DNA of 54,288 nt, counting the filler, from Catajapyx aquilonaris (taxonomy: Eukaryota), in the NCBI GenBank assembly GCA_000934665.2. It is 2 parts of 2 records of this genome, joined end to end, with 100 filler letters (N's around TTAATTAATTAA, not from the genome) between each part and the next. Parts side by side here need not be neighbours in the genome. Positions count along the whole stretch, not along the records: positions 27,205 to 54,288 come from JYFJ02005112.1; 1 more part is not named here. One strand, 5' to 3'. The notes below the pieces were generated by a model. It saw only the letters and a list, made by a program, of their open reading frames with translations, made no database searches and was not told the origin of the DNA. The translations under genes were made by a program, and so were the position numbers. Shown here in pieces: positions 34,289 to 48,100 of this stretch. Positions within the stretch are counted from its first letter, which is position 1; each line of letters starts with the position of its first letter.

Positions 34289-35359
34289 AGATTCTTCACT
34301 TTCTTGGTACGTATATTCTACAGTAACAGTATAGCCTTCTCGGGGCAAAGACATATATCCCTTTCTGAACCTCTTTGATTTCGATCTTCCCTTTCCTTTT
34401 GTCGGGTCTTATACGACTACAACTGAAACTACTTCAGTACATTTTGTAAACCCAAAGAATACCACAACAGTTTTCTTCAATAGCGTTGGAGCTCTTGGGT
34501 GAAATGTTTCAAGTTTGAGTTCCATAACAAAAGGATCATATTTGCTCTCTGAGTGCAGCAGATTCAACTTTATTTTTTCTCCCGTTGAGAGAGACCAACA
34601 TGCTGTTTACCGAAGCTGTGGAAACTGTGTCGAAATAGCACTATAAAATATTGCAAGTTTGTGCGGGTTATGATGATATGACGACAATAACAAATGCACG
34701 GCTCTCAACCTTTAATGGACTCGGCACATTTATACAGCTCATTGTATGTAAAAAAAAAAAAAAAACATAGCCTCAGGTCAGCAGCTATTTTTACCTTCCC
34801 TATTCAGCTCTAGGCAAAGTGCATTCACTATTCAGCATTTACATTTTTTGCACTGCAGCCGAAAGCATTTGTTATTCCGTTAAAAGTTTGGTTTCCAACT
34901 GAAATTTGCTAGTTAGTGCATTCAGGTACTCCTCAAACTTGTTTCCTGCAGAAGAGAATCTGCGAATTGTGATCAATATGGCGAAGCCACTTAGTAGCGA
35001 GATTTTTCCCCCCTCCCCCAACCCCACGGGCAAGGACGACGTCAACCGGGCTATTGTTGAGAAGGAGGCCCTTTATTGCTTCTGGGCTGCTCCATTATTC
35101 CAGTTAATTTTATCGCCAAGTGCCTATGAAGCGGCTTTTGTGCTGCTGGGAATGGATCCGAGAGACCCCGCGATGGCCTTCCTACTGTTCAAAATGGGGC
35201 TGGGGCAGCAGAGAGGGAAAAATTCTAGGGTCCGATGGTTCTTAAGGTTTCCGTTTTCTTTCTTTCCTTGATAAAATTGTCAAATGATGTGATCAATTTG
35301 GTTATTAGCTCGTATGCATAGGGACTGATAATAATTAGAATTATATTTTTTTTTTGCAG

Positions 35360-36176
35360 ATGTGTCAACAACTCGCACGGTTGAAGAGACCAACAGCATC
35401 ACACCCAGAGTACAGATTACGTCTGAGTTACCATCGCAAAAAGAAACGACGGCAGGCACAGAATCGTTCGTCCCAACCAGCCCAGTCACTGACTTTTCAA
35501 CCACTGCTCGAACTAATCCCTCTGAGAAGTTAGACACAGAACTGCCTGAACGGCGATCATCCACCATCCCTCGTTGGGGAGTCAGTCATCCTCCAGGCAA
35601 CACCCTCGGAGTAGCAGTGGTCATGTCATTTGGTACACCACCAGGTCCTGCCCATGCGACCAGCAGTGCTGTCCACGAAGAAGAAACGGATAATTACACT
35701 ACCTCGCCACCAAGAATAGGACAGCCGATGCCTGGTTCGATGATAGTTGCAGAATGGGAAGTTGCATTTCCTTCAACTAGTAATGCTAGAGATATATCTA
35801 GCACCTCTGAAACTACCGGCAACGTTACTACTACCAGTGGCACTAGCACTGCTTCGAGTACTACAGAAGCTGAGAAAGTAGAACTCTCATTGGTGCCTCA
35901 AGACGACGAAGATGACCCTAACACCACTGTGGCCGTGTCTTCCGTGCTGCTCTCAGTATCTGAAGTACAAGTGGAGGAAGCTCCTCAACCTAGGTCACGA
36001 AATAAAAACCGTGACCCAGTCTTGTCCACCACTCCAAATCTAGACCTCCATGGTGGCATTTATCCCGACGATGTCGCCACAGGGGAGTACGATTCGTACG
36101 AAAGCGACGAAGAGGCTCCCGTTCCAGAGTACATGCCATGGGGGAATTCTTCATCCCTCCGTCGCGACCATCTCAA
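35360..36176 (+). CDS. GPCR Ser/Thr/Glu-rich extracellular stalk exon
   Basis: Poly-T gcag acceptor, 272-aa open frame with several N-x-S/T sequons, AA|gtaagt donor. Confidence 0.8.
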
Positions 36177-39100
36177 GTAAGTAGATAAAAATAACACACG
36201 TACCTTGCCTTTTATCCCCTGTAGTAAAACTTGACGTGTAATTCCCATCTCGACTGATTACAGTGCCAGTCCTGCACGCAACATCAACGTATCTTCTGTA
36301 GACCTGCACGAACGAGACGTGTTCGACAGCGTGATGTACATCTACCTAGGAGCCGGTAGCAGCACCGGTTCTGAAGCTGGAAGAATAGCAGTCTCTAGGG
36401 CCATCTTAGGTGTATCCGGATGCCTGGCTCTAGCTGCCCAAACCCTAACATTTGCTGGGGCTGCATGTATGGTCCGAGCTGACAGACTCGAACCAACGCT
36501 GGTCCTCTTCAACCTCGTCATGGCTCTTCTGGCAGGCAATCTGGTGTTCACCTTTGGAGTTCAGGTAGGCAACTGGAGAGCTCTTCCTGACACAACCACT
36601 ACGTGCTTGTTTGTTTGACTACACTTGGTTCTGAAGAGATCTCTTGCATCCCCCCAGTGTCTGTTTGCTCTACGAGAGCAGGACAAAAAACTGAAGGTGG
36701 ACGCAGGAGTTTCCTAGCTGCACCTGTAGTGTTTGTCGTACAAGCATTAGACCAAGCCCGAGAGCCTGTTTGTTTCGGAGAAGGATTAGTGCCCGGGAAA
36801 GGGCTTCCAAAATCCCCACCTGCGATCGATGCCGACGACGTGTGACGAATAGCTTTACCACCGTCCAAAAGCTGGTAAAAACTGGAGAGAAGACCGGAAT
36901 TTGCTGCAGCACTCCATTCAACACTGATCCACTTTTGAAACGTTATTTCAGCGCAGATCCTTACACTATGAACCACAAAACAAAATAATGCACCAGAATT
37001 TTTAAATGGCAGATATTATATGCAGTTGAACACTTCAAAGGGTTCGAGTTCAGAGTATTTAACGAAATATATCCTGCAGGCTGTTGGCTTACCTTTATCA
37101 GAAGTGAAGTAGAATAAGCCGTGTGTGTTAGCGTTAGGTTCATGGCCCATAGGAAAAGTCAATAGGGTTTAGTTCTCTCAGGCATGCTCTTTTCAGGAGG
37201 AGAATGCTCGTACCTCACTAGTTGGGCTCATATTACACACCAAAAAAATCGCCATATCGTGCTATACTCTGGTTATGAATAATGGCGACAAAGGGCTGAT
37301 TGAGCAGGAATAAAATTGTTTTGTCCTCGTAGAAAGCCAACTTTGAGGCTTGTTTACCATCTTGTAATGGAAATCTAGAGAGCGCTTCTTTGAAGAAGCG
37401 GGTTAAAAAGAGAGAACCACTTTAAAGACAAGATCTCGGCGAACATTCCTGACAACTGCATTAGCCATGATTGACGCTTTTTCTTAGAAAATTGTGACGC
37501 GAGATGCAGCGATACGGTCTTGCTTTTGGCTTTGTAAGACTTATTCAGATTCTGGATTTTGTGTCGTTGAATATAGGATCAATACGCCTCTAAGGGCGCC
37601 TTTGTAGCGTCTATACCGGCCGATATAATAGTTTAAAGTAGATTCTGAAGATATTGTGGACTTCGCCACACTGCACTGGCATGCACATTAACTTTTTTTT
37701 TTCCTCTCCTACACCCGCTCAACGAACGTGAGACACATGAGCGTGTGGGGAGAAGTTGGGCTTTCATAGCTAGTGCAACGAATATTTCACACTAATGTAT
37801 GGCCTTGAGCGCACAGTATTTGGCAATTACCCCATTCAACCTAGACTATATCGCTCGCCACCATCAACTGTAGCCGTGTAGCCTACTAAACTAAAAGTTT
37901 TTCTAGTTATTGTTTCAGCTCTCTTAACTACTCGGCTGGTTTTTGTCCTCACGTTATTGTGCCGATTAGCTGCTTTCAATCTATACTGGTGAGGTATGAA
38001 AGTCATGAATGGTGCAAGAAAAAGTCACATAACATGTCACAAAATTTATAAATTGCGAATTTGAAACCGTAAAGGGCGGTTTTGGATTATTTTAAAGGAC
38101 AACTGAGAGAAAACTCGTTGGATTATTTTAAACTGAAATCTCCACCTAGTATAGTACATTATGAAGTGTGGCTGACCTCAATAAAATGAGCACTTGAAAT
38201 GGAGGGCTATTTGGGTCAGGTTTACTGATTTTACTGATACCGAGTTATGCGTATGAGCTCTTCAAACTCTTTTGAAGAGTTGAAGAGCTCATACGCACAC
38301 GGGATAATTTTTAAAAGCACTAGGTGACTGTAATTTCTCTGAGGACTATATGTTAAACAATGCCTAATTCAACCGTAATGCGACTTTGATGTCTCTGCAT
38401 TTCAAATTATCACATAAAATATTAAGGTACGTACTCCGCAGGCCATGCGACACAATAATATTTTCTGCGCAATAAAAGCTCTTTTGAAAAATTGTCATGG
38501 CAATGTTGCTAACATGAAAGAGCATCTAATTAAAACCAACCTGCCGCACAATATTTCAATTTTTAAAATGCTCTTTTCAATTTAATCTTGTAATGATATC
38601 TGGTGTGTATGTAGCTTATTTACGACCACCTGTTATGTGCATATGCTGTATGTACAGTACAGTAGCTGTATAGTACTGTAATATCTGTATGATAAAAGAC
38701 CTCATGCATGATGTCCAACGAGTTGGGCACATAATACCTTCATTAGCCTAGGCTGAATCAACGAATATAAGTAGGCAAAGGTGCGGTTTTAACATAAGCT
38801 AGTAGTGAGAAGCAGGAGACTAGCAGTAATGTAGAAGTGATTGTGAGGGAAATACGACAAAGACTATACTCGTCTCTTGTATGATAAGAAGATTTTGATT
38901 GCATTTAAAACCAACCACACAGAAGTTGGAATACACAGTAGGATGCAGATCACTTAATGACGTTTATTCTGGCCGCATGGCGCCCAACGTAAATCTGTAT
39001 AGCCGAAATAAATCTCTAGAGAGGATCGGATTATGCAAAACAAGCGAACGAGTCACAACAATCAGGAGATTATTGAAGGCTTTTCATGGCGTGCAATAAA

Positions 39101-42100
39101 GACATGACGATGGCTGGAAATTTAGTCCGGAAACTGGAGCCGTATTGATCGTAGTTGAGAAGCAAGAGCGCATCGAAGGTGCACCATCACTCTCGTGTCT
39201 TGCAGGCACCAATTTGTTTGCCCTTTGATGAGCTTGGCAGACTCGGATTTCTTTGACTGCAGGCCTCCAGACTTAACAGGAAGGAAACATGTTGTTACGC
39301 ATAAGTCTGAAAGCTTTCCGTCGATCCGATGCTCCAGGGGGGAGGGGGGGGGGATGTAGTGGGTTTAATTTTCCACCGATATTTACGGATTGTATCCTCA
39401 GGTTTCTGTCATGACAGTCATCATTAGAAGCTTTGTAACCGCCTGAAGAAAGTTCTGTTTGCTTCCACAAGTTTCAACCAGCTTACTAATTATGAATGAG
39501 AAAAGGACTCTGCCTTGTAAGTATAGGTCTTCGGGCCTGAAAATGAAGTAATAATTGAGTGCAAACATTGAAAATTCGAGAGGAACTTGAGAGGAACTGC
39601 TTTAATAGAATATTTGAAGCCAAAGTAGGTGTCCGATGGAATAGTTATTGTTTTATAGCTACATCTATAATTCTGGAGAGCTAGAGAGAGAAATAGTGCC
39701 ATTGACTATTTGAAACGCGTGGCAATTTGACACTCGACACTTTGATTGGGCGCATATTTCAAATTTTTTTTTGGTTTTTTTTTCACCTCTGATCATGAAC
39801 GGGAGAGAGAATAATCCCGCTCCCTTGTGTGTTCCACTGGATTCTATTCAGTATTCACATGACTACAAAGGCAAAAACATTGATTGTGTGACCAAAATTG
39901 CAGCTAAAATAACACGTATATTTAGGCCGCGGTCTTGATGGATCAGCCCGGCCTGGAAGGCAAGAAGGAACAAAAAGTAGTTCAATATTTCATTTGTGAT
40001 CACTTCAAAAATATCTCGTATTTTCCATAAAAGTCAAGGCCAACATCAGGTTGAAAAAAATCAAACGCACTTGTTTCTGTTACAATATATGATCACCTGC
40101 CAAAGTTTCAATTTTAAAGTGCATTAATAATATTATTGGTATACTGAGAAATTTTGCATGAAAAAATATAACATTAATATGTGCAATTCTCCACAGGCAT
40201 GGAAGGGTAATATTTAGTATTTCCCAGAACTGTAGGTGCATCACTGTTTTGAATAGTCAAAATAAATGGGAATTGAATGCCACTGTTGTTATGAGGAATG
40301 GAAACAGTTATCTATGGCCATATAGTGTGATTTAGATTCTTGTAGTGAGCGGAAATGATACATTACCCTCATTATTCAAGATAAACGCGCATATTGCAAT
40401 TGTTGTTCCATGACACACTATACCACTACTTGAGCGGAAAAATCCTGTTAGCGTTGACAACCTATTCTGTAAATCACTTTATACCAACATTTCTACACCT
40501 GTTGCCCAACCACTCAATGTTCAGCTTTTAAAACTCAAATAATATTATCACTCGCCTTTTGAATGACAATATGGACCTGGACTTCTATACCCAAGAGCCC
40601 TTCTACATGAAGATGCCTCTCGAACCCCTCCCTGTTACATAGCCCTTTCCGATGACAAGTGTAATATCTGAGTCGAAGCACAAGCCACGACGCGACTGCC
40701 ATGATTGTTTTCCACCGACAAGATCGGAAATCCATACTGGCATCTGCCAATCAATACATGAAACAAAATAATCCTATCCCGATTTTAAAAATTTTTCCTC
40801 CGTAAAAAAGCTGAAGCCTGTGCAGATACATACGTATGCCAAAGCACGATAGTCATTTTAGATTTGATTAGACTGTAAGGCGCATGTGGATGAGCCACAG
40901 CGTAACAAGTGTCTTGGGGACGTAGGGAGCAAAATTGGACAGGAGAAGTCGTCCCGAGGGCAACTCCTTGGTCGCTCGTAATTGATTCCTGCCGGGGATA
41001 CGGCTTCCTGACTGCAGATAGACTACAAGGCAAGCAAGAAGGGGTCTTCCTTCAGGCCATTTCGGTCGCCTATATTCTCAGAGTATATACTGTATAGTAT
41101 AGGCCCTATAGGACGCGTCTAAAAGCCGGATTTGTTAGAGTGTGGCTTTTCAGCCGGCTGCCTTCCAACCCCAATCGGAGCTCGGGGACTTTCAGACAAA
41201 CATCGCTTATTACCTTTTTTTTCTTTCTTCTCCTAGCTGCAGGGTAGATTGGAAGCCAAGTTATGTCTCCAGTGACCCCTATATCTTGACGGTGTTGATT
41301 TTGTAAATTGTGTGAGGATGCGTGAGTTGAGTCATTTGGGCGATTAATACGTATTTTACATTAATTAAACTCAGATTCGGGATTGCGGACTTAATGTTAC
41401 ATACACGGGTTCCATTAGTTCGGTTTATGGATACGATGGCTCTACTAGTGTATAACTGCGTAAATTTTGAAAATGGGATTCTCCGCTCGGGCTGCAAGTT
41501 TTAATTGGTGAAACGTGTAACGTTAACCGTCTGCTCATTTATTTACTGGAAGAATTCAAGCGTCACTAATGAACAAACTTTGGCATCTAATAATATTACG
41601 TTCCCCCTTTTAAAAGCGTAATTGACAAATAAATGTGGTTGTTATGTGTCTGACAAATTTTGGGGTCGACTTGGAATTAATCTACTAGAACCTAATTCGT
41701 AGGTATAGGCTAGGTCCAGTTGGGACTTGTATTTTCTAGCCTAATGAATGAGATGAATAATGAGCTATCGATTTCGGTTCTTGACCACATCACACGGGGT
41801 ATGTGGGGGAGGCAGTAGAAAAAGAGGGGGGACCATTATTCAAGGAAAGGGGAAACAATCGAATTGAGCACTGCGAGGGAACGTTGCGACCTGTCCTAGC
41901 CTCGTTTTCGGTCCTTTGTGTCTTCCTGACGCGCCGTTTGGTCCTCTCAAAAGAACCTAAAATGCTTTCATTGTGGGGAATCAGGTTACCATCAATTTCC
42001 AACCCTATTGAAAAAGCACATGGGAGGTCGATGGTATAGTGGGATGGGTCGAGGTAAAGACTAATAGATTGATTTTTGACCCTATTTTAAAGTCAAACGA

Positions 42101-45100
42101 AAAAGGTAAAAGGATGCCGTTTTGTGAAAAGGCAGGTTCGCTTATTTCACGAATGAATCAGTTTGTTGAAATGGATCACAATCAACGCTTCAATTTCTCT
42201 GTTACCCACATTATACCTTTGTAAAAATCTTAAGTAAGCGGATAATTTGTTTAATTAAATTAATTAATCATTCAAAAATAGAGCGCAGATATTTAATGAG
42301 AGACTTTTTTAAGCCGACTAATATTTGATGAATATGGCTGGGTTCTCATGTCAATTCTGGGCTTCTTCTTCCTCTTGTCAATCCCCTGCTGAAAGAAGGA
42401 AATTGAATGCCCAATTCATTTTTTTTGCACAAAAGATTTTCTTCAGGAGCTCTTGGAAGTCGTATTGGAGAACGAACCATATTGAATTCCATCCATTTAT
42501 CCCAACAAATAGTCCTTTGAGATTTGAGACCAGACGAAGAGTGATAACCTATGAAATTTGATTTTCAATACTGCATGAAGATGATTATTTGGTTATCTGA
42601 TTCACATACGTCTCTTAACAACCTACAAACTCCATGTAACCTGAAGGGTTTCGTTAAAGTGGTAGTTTAGGCGAAACTCGAGAATTATTCCAATAATCCT
42701 TTGGGGATGAAATGAATATTGCGAGGGGGGAAAAAGTTACGGCTTCGAGTTCTGTGGTGAATTTGTAGGATTTTCTGGCAATGACTTGTATGACAGATAA
42801 AATGTTGGCGCCAAAGGCTGATTCTTTGGCTGCCAAACTACTTTCTCCCGCCTTGCTTAATCGCAAATGACTGCGATATATTATTCTTGGAGCTATATAA
42901 CAAGTGACTGATATGTGTGCTCATTGGCATATACATATTGTAAATACCCACAGAAAATGACGGAATAGACGTGTGCTATAGTGCTGGGGATGCTATGGCG
43001 TTTAATTGGTTTTATCCCGTGGTAATTTGTACAGTATAAGATGGCCAATCTGCATTTCTATACAGCAAACTCTGGAATTTGCAGAAGAAATTGAAATATC
43101 GGTACTGTCGAAAAATCTTTCTAAATTTCGGAGGAAATGAACTTACAAATTGCAAATTTAGATTTCTTTTGGAGAGAAAATATGCTAATTTAATGAAAAT
43201 TCAATGCACCGAAACTGTTTGCAAAATAATATTGAAATATCACCTATATTGCAACAATTGCTCACTTGAATTTCCTTTTCAAGAAAGATCCAACCGTTTC
43301 TTTAAAGGTAGTAGTAATGTCACTATAATCCAGCATAAAGGGGATATATATTATGGAATTCCTCATTATTAAATTATGCAAAATTGTTCGCGAACCATTT
43401 ACCACTACGGCATCACGAATTAGTATCGTACCTTACAACATGTAAATTATTTGCGAGGTTTCGCAGAGGCGGGAAGCTATTAATGTAAATGATTTCTGAC
43501 TGACAAGGATAACCTGCATTGTACGTATGCGTGAATTCCCATGGAAAATCTCATTTTCCTTCACTTCTTTGGTAGCTCTCACGGGCTTCATTGACAGATA
43601 AAGCTACTTTGAAACAACCCTTTGCTCCTTAGCCTCTAATTACTTTGGCCACCCAAGGAAGCCGCCATCTTAACCTTCTTTGAAGAAGCCTTAAAATCGT
43701 TTCTCCGAGTACACTTCTTTTCTTTAATTCCCTCACGGTCCTATTTACACAGCCAGTGCACATTTAAAGCGTGGCTTCTCGTTACACTACCTTATTAGGG
43801 TCCCGCCTCAACTTGATTTGCGGGCTCGGGCCAAGGGAATAAGGAACCAAGAGAGGAATTTACAACTGAAATGACGATAGAAACTTTTTCTCAGTGGTAC
43901 AGTATAATGGTGTGGGAGTATAGTTATGACAGTTCTTGTTAGGAATCGGTTAATCGCATGTATATGACTATCGTGAATTGTTCGTGCACAATTACATCAT
44001 AGGTCAAAGTTCATGTGTATAATTTAACTTGGAGTTGAGGATGGTTGCCTCCCGGTGGTTTATTCTACTTATGCCAGACGGTACATGTAATCTGTCGGGC
44101 AGCTATTCTCCCGGTGAACCAAATAGCTGGGGACATGAATAGGATTGTGGGGAGTCATTGTATAATCTGCCCTTCCTTTTGTTTTGAAGCAGTGTGTCAT
44201 ATGAATGTTATGAAGCAAAGGCTGAAATATAATTTAGGTGAAATTTAGGTACACAATCGGGGGAGAGTATGGTGCAAACAAAGGTTTAATTATTAAACGA
44301 AACTACTGCTGTTTTCAGAGTAAAATATAATGCTAAATAAATGACGCAAAATTGCTCGCCAAATAGAATACAATAGAATAGAATAGAAATGCATCTTCAC
44401 CATCCGCTTTCTGAAACTCACAGATGGACCTAGGGATTTAGGGGGCTTGTGCAAAACCGAAAACTCCCTGCAGAAATGAAAGGTTTAGGGACCCTCTGGC
44501 CGCAAGTGCAAGCTAAGTGCAGGCAGCTATGACACCTTGGCAAATTCCCATGAGAATCGTTCACACCCGCCTCCTCCAACTCCCCACGAATCAGGTGGAA
44601 ACGGGGACAAGAGTGTCGGCTAGCGACGTTATAACGTTGTTATGAACTAATTAAACTTCCATTTAAGAGCTCCCCAAATCGTGATTCGCGCAAGAGTACA
44701 CCCTGTTAAAAGGAAAGAAATCCCTAGGGAACGGCTGTGAAATTGGATGACCTTATTATCCTGTGTGTCCTTGTGCGATTATTGTGACTGCACAAGTGCA
44801 GATAACATTCCGACTAGAGAGAGGCTGCTGGTAGCTCGGGGTTTGTAGGACTCGTGAGGGAGGCCGTATCCGTCAACTGTCTGGGTGTAAAATGCGCTTC
44901 AACTGATTTGAAGGGGGGGGGGGGGGTCTGGGCTCAAACCGTCATCGCCGAGAAGGAAAAAATATAAATCCAACCTAACTGCAAGACTAGGACAAGGACA
45001 ATGACTAACCTTGTGAGTATCAATGACACAATCTTAATTGGAGCCAAAGTTGTAATCCTTTTTTTTTTATCGTGGAGGTACAGTACACGAGGCATTTACG

Positions 45101-48100
45101 AGCATCCTCTTCGGTAGTAAACATCCGATGTGGCAGAAAACAAAAAGGTAGCAAGAGAAGATTACATGTAAGAGATGCCGCAGTGCATTAATGGAGTGAC
45201 GACAAGTGTCTGTAAGAAAACCGCTTCCTTTTTGGAGGAATATGGTAGGTGTGGTAGGAAGAGGCTGAAGTCTAATTTCAGATAAGCAAGAACCATTTTC
45301 CTCCCAGAGACAGGACACGTAGGCCGCAATCTCCCGAGCGGATGCCTAATGGGCAGGAAGATCATTTGAGTCTATTGGAGAGGACGTCGGTAGGGAATGG
45401 GAAGGGAGGGTCTGGTGGCGGAGGTTGAAAATGTCAATTGCCCCCAGGCATAGGCTTCAGAAAAGAGGCAGGACGGTGTTGTATTCGACGCTTCGTCGCC
45501 CTGGCCTCAAATTCGCTCTCCTGCAATCGATAAAGGAAGAAGGGCTGCCAAGGGTTTTGCGTCACACTCTCGAGGTGCCCTGTCCTGACATGTTTCACGT
45601 ACATTCACAATTGCCAGATGACTCGTTTAGGAAACCCCCTGCCAAATGGAGAGCTCCGGAACTTTGATTCATTACCGACAATCCGTGTTTTGCTGGGCAT
45701 TCGTATCCGTCGCCTTCCAAGTGTTGAAGGACGGGGCTGGCCATTCTGGGATTTGCGCTCAATAAAGGCTTCAGTGTGAAATGATCTCAAGTGCGGTTGA
45801 TTTCGACTTTCAGACTTGGGGTCCGACAGAAACGCTTTCTCAGGCAGGTGCAGACTCAAATTCCCTAGCGATTTAGATTTCCGACGAATTCATTCGCTCC
45901 TTCGTCACGAAGAAGACGACGACCATAAATCTTTGTCATGCATCCAAGTGATGTGGTTAGGTTCTGGAGAGTGTGGAGGGAGACGGAGAAGAGCCAAGGA
46001 AAAAAAAACTGCAGAAGGATTTGTAGCTGAGATTGGAAAACCAGTGCGGAGCAGATTGCAAGACTTCCACTTCTAAATGCTAAATACAGGAAAAGGCCCT
46101 GCATTGCGCCTTCCTTCCTTACTTCCTCTATAGTTTCCTTCCTCCTCGATTCCTTCTGGATCCGCTCATCCCATCGATGCGAATGAAAGGACTAACGAAT
46201 GGAGATTGGAAATGGAAAATTGCCCTAGCACTCCCATTGCTGTTAATAAATTTCCCAAGGGTCGTTATTGGAAGTTGTATAGCCGACACTTATTGTTTTT
46301 TACTAGAAAGAAATGCGTGTTGGGAGCAAACATTCGAAAGTAATTATAATAACTAGCTGCCGGTACTTGCATTAGTGAAAGGCTGAGTGTGCGATAGAAA
46401 GGACTTGATCGGTTAAGTGTCGCTGAAAGAACAATGTTACATTATTATCGTGTCCTGAAGTGACCGTTTTTTGCATGTTGTTGACATTCATTATGACGCA
46501 TTACGCACGCTGATGGTGTTCAAATTGACTGATTATTAAGTCCTTTTAACTTGTAATTTAAGTAACATGTACTATCTTTAGGAGTGCCTCCGCTATTAAC
46601 ATTTTGGTGTGATTGAGTCTCGCATAAAGAGACAAGAATGATTAGATTATACAGCTCACTCACGATATTGCATGCATCAGTATATGAGCACAGGGACTAT
46701 GCGACGTCCCTCTGTAATGCGTTGCATCGAATTTCATTGCCTTATATCAGCGTTCATGGCCTTATATGAGTTACAGTCCAAATACGTACAACATTCGCTC
46801 CCATCCCTTTTGAATTATTCAACAATAATATTGAACCAGTTCTTTCGCTGTACTATGCAGGCACTACATATACAGTATAACTATACGAGCGGTCAAAACG
46901 TCAACATTTAAAACATACGCAGTGGCCAGTAAAATCGAATCAAACATGTCATGAGCAGCTTTCAACTTAGGTCCGATCTAATGCACTCTGGTTATGAAAT
47001 TATATACCATGTTTGCGTTTTATTAGGAAAATGTTAAGTTCTTTAAAAAGATTCGTTGTGTCCACAAGCATCAGACGACAGTATGAGCTGTTTCTCCCAG
47101 CCGCAGTATCTAGTAGATTTCCCGAGCTTTCTCGTCTCTCTCTCTGTCGCTACCGATTTTCTTTACGACAAAAGCTACATGGCACAGGAAATAACCCCTT
47201 TCCCTGTTCCCTCTTTTTTCACTGCATTTATGTTCCACATGAACTGCATGAACTCTTTGATGAGAGAAGTTTTACCAATGGACGGAAATGTCTTTTATTC
47301 GATCCCAATCCCCCGCGCTCTCTTTTCATCATTTTGCGTTTTATAGTGCGAGTGGTTTTTTATTAGTTGACTGCTCCAAATACATGGCGAGGGAACATAT
47401 ATAATCTCAAAGCACCTTTCCTATGCAGTAGTTTGCTTTACAACTGTAGGGAACCAGCGTGTGGGATGCTAAATAAAGGACGCCATCAAAATAATCACAA
47501 GTTAATGTGCTTGTCGATAATTAGGACATGTCGTGTCCATGTTGACATATAGGGGTTTTTGATAGCCTGTCAATATTTTACAGCATGGTGGTGTCGTCGA
47601 TGTTTCGTTTGTCGACGTTTTGACATACACCTGTCATGAAAAGGTCGCTGAGTGAAAATCAAACCAGGAAAAAGGAGGTTGGGGAGAAAAGGCTGGATAT
47701 CGTGATATAGGCACAAACTTGTAGTATTTCGGTGCATTTCCAACCCAACAGCGCTAAAGTGTATTATCGGATTTTAAAAAGGATTTCTATATATTTACTC
47801 TAGATACACTCACATTACGCAATGGCTAAGCCGGAAGCCTGTCTCCGCCAGGCGATATTCGACGCTATATAACGGAGTTCAGTGAAAAGCTTACTGCATG
47901 TGTTATATAAACTGCCTGTATTATTAATACAGTAACTGTGACGTCAAGAAGATGATGTAATTCTCTAAGTGCTCGGTAGATTCTTCAGAAAACTCCAAGA
48001 AAAATATGAAGCCCCGAAGTTCTCCAAGCCCATAATCCGGCTCCCTGCTTTAAAAGAACCGGGACATTATTATTAAAATATCCCCGCAAGAAATTCTCCA

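Noticed and set aside
34335..34500. Thr-rich frame (TTTTETTS...NTTT) as an upstream GPCR exon
   Set aside because: No phase-1 donor compatible with the acceptor at 35360 was found; unsupported without transcripts.
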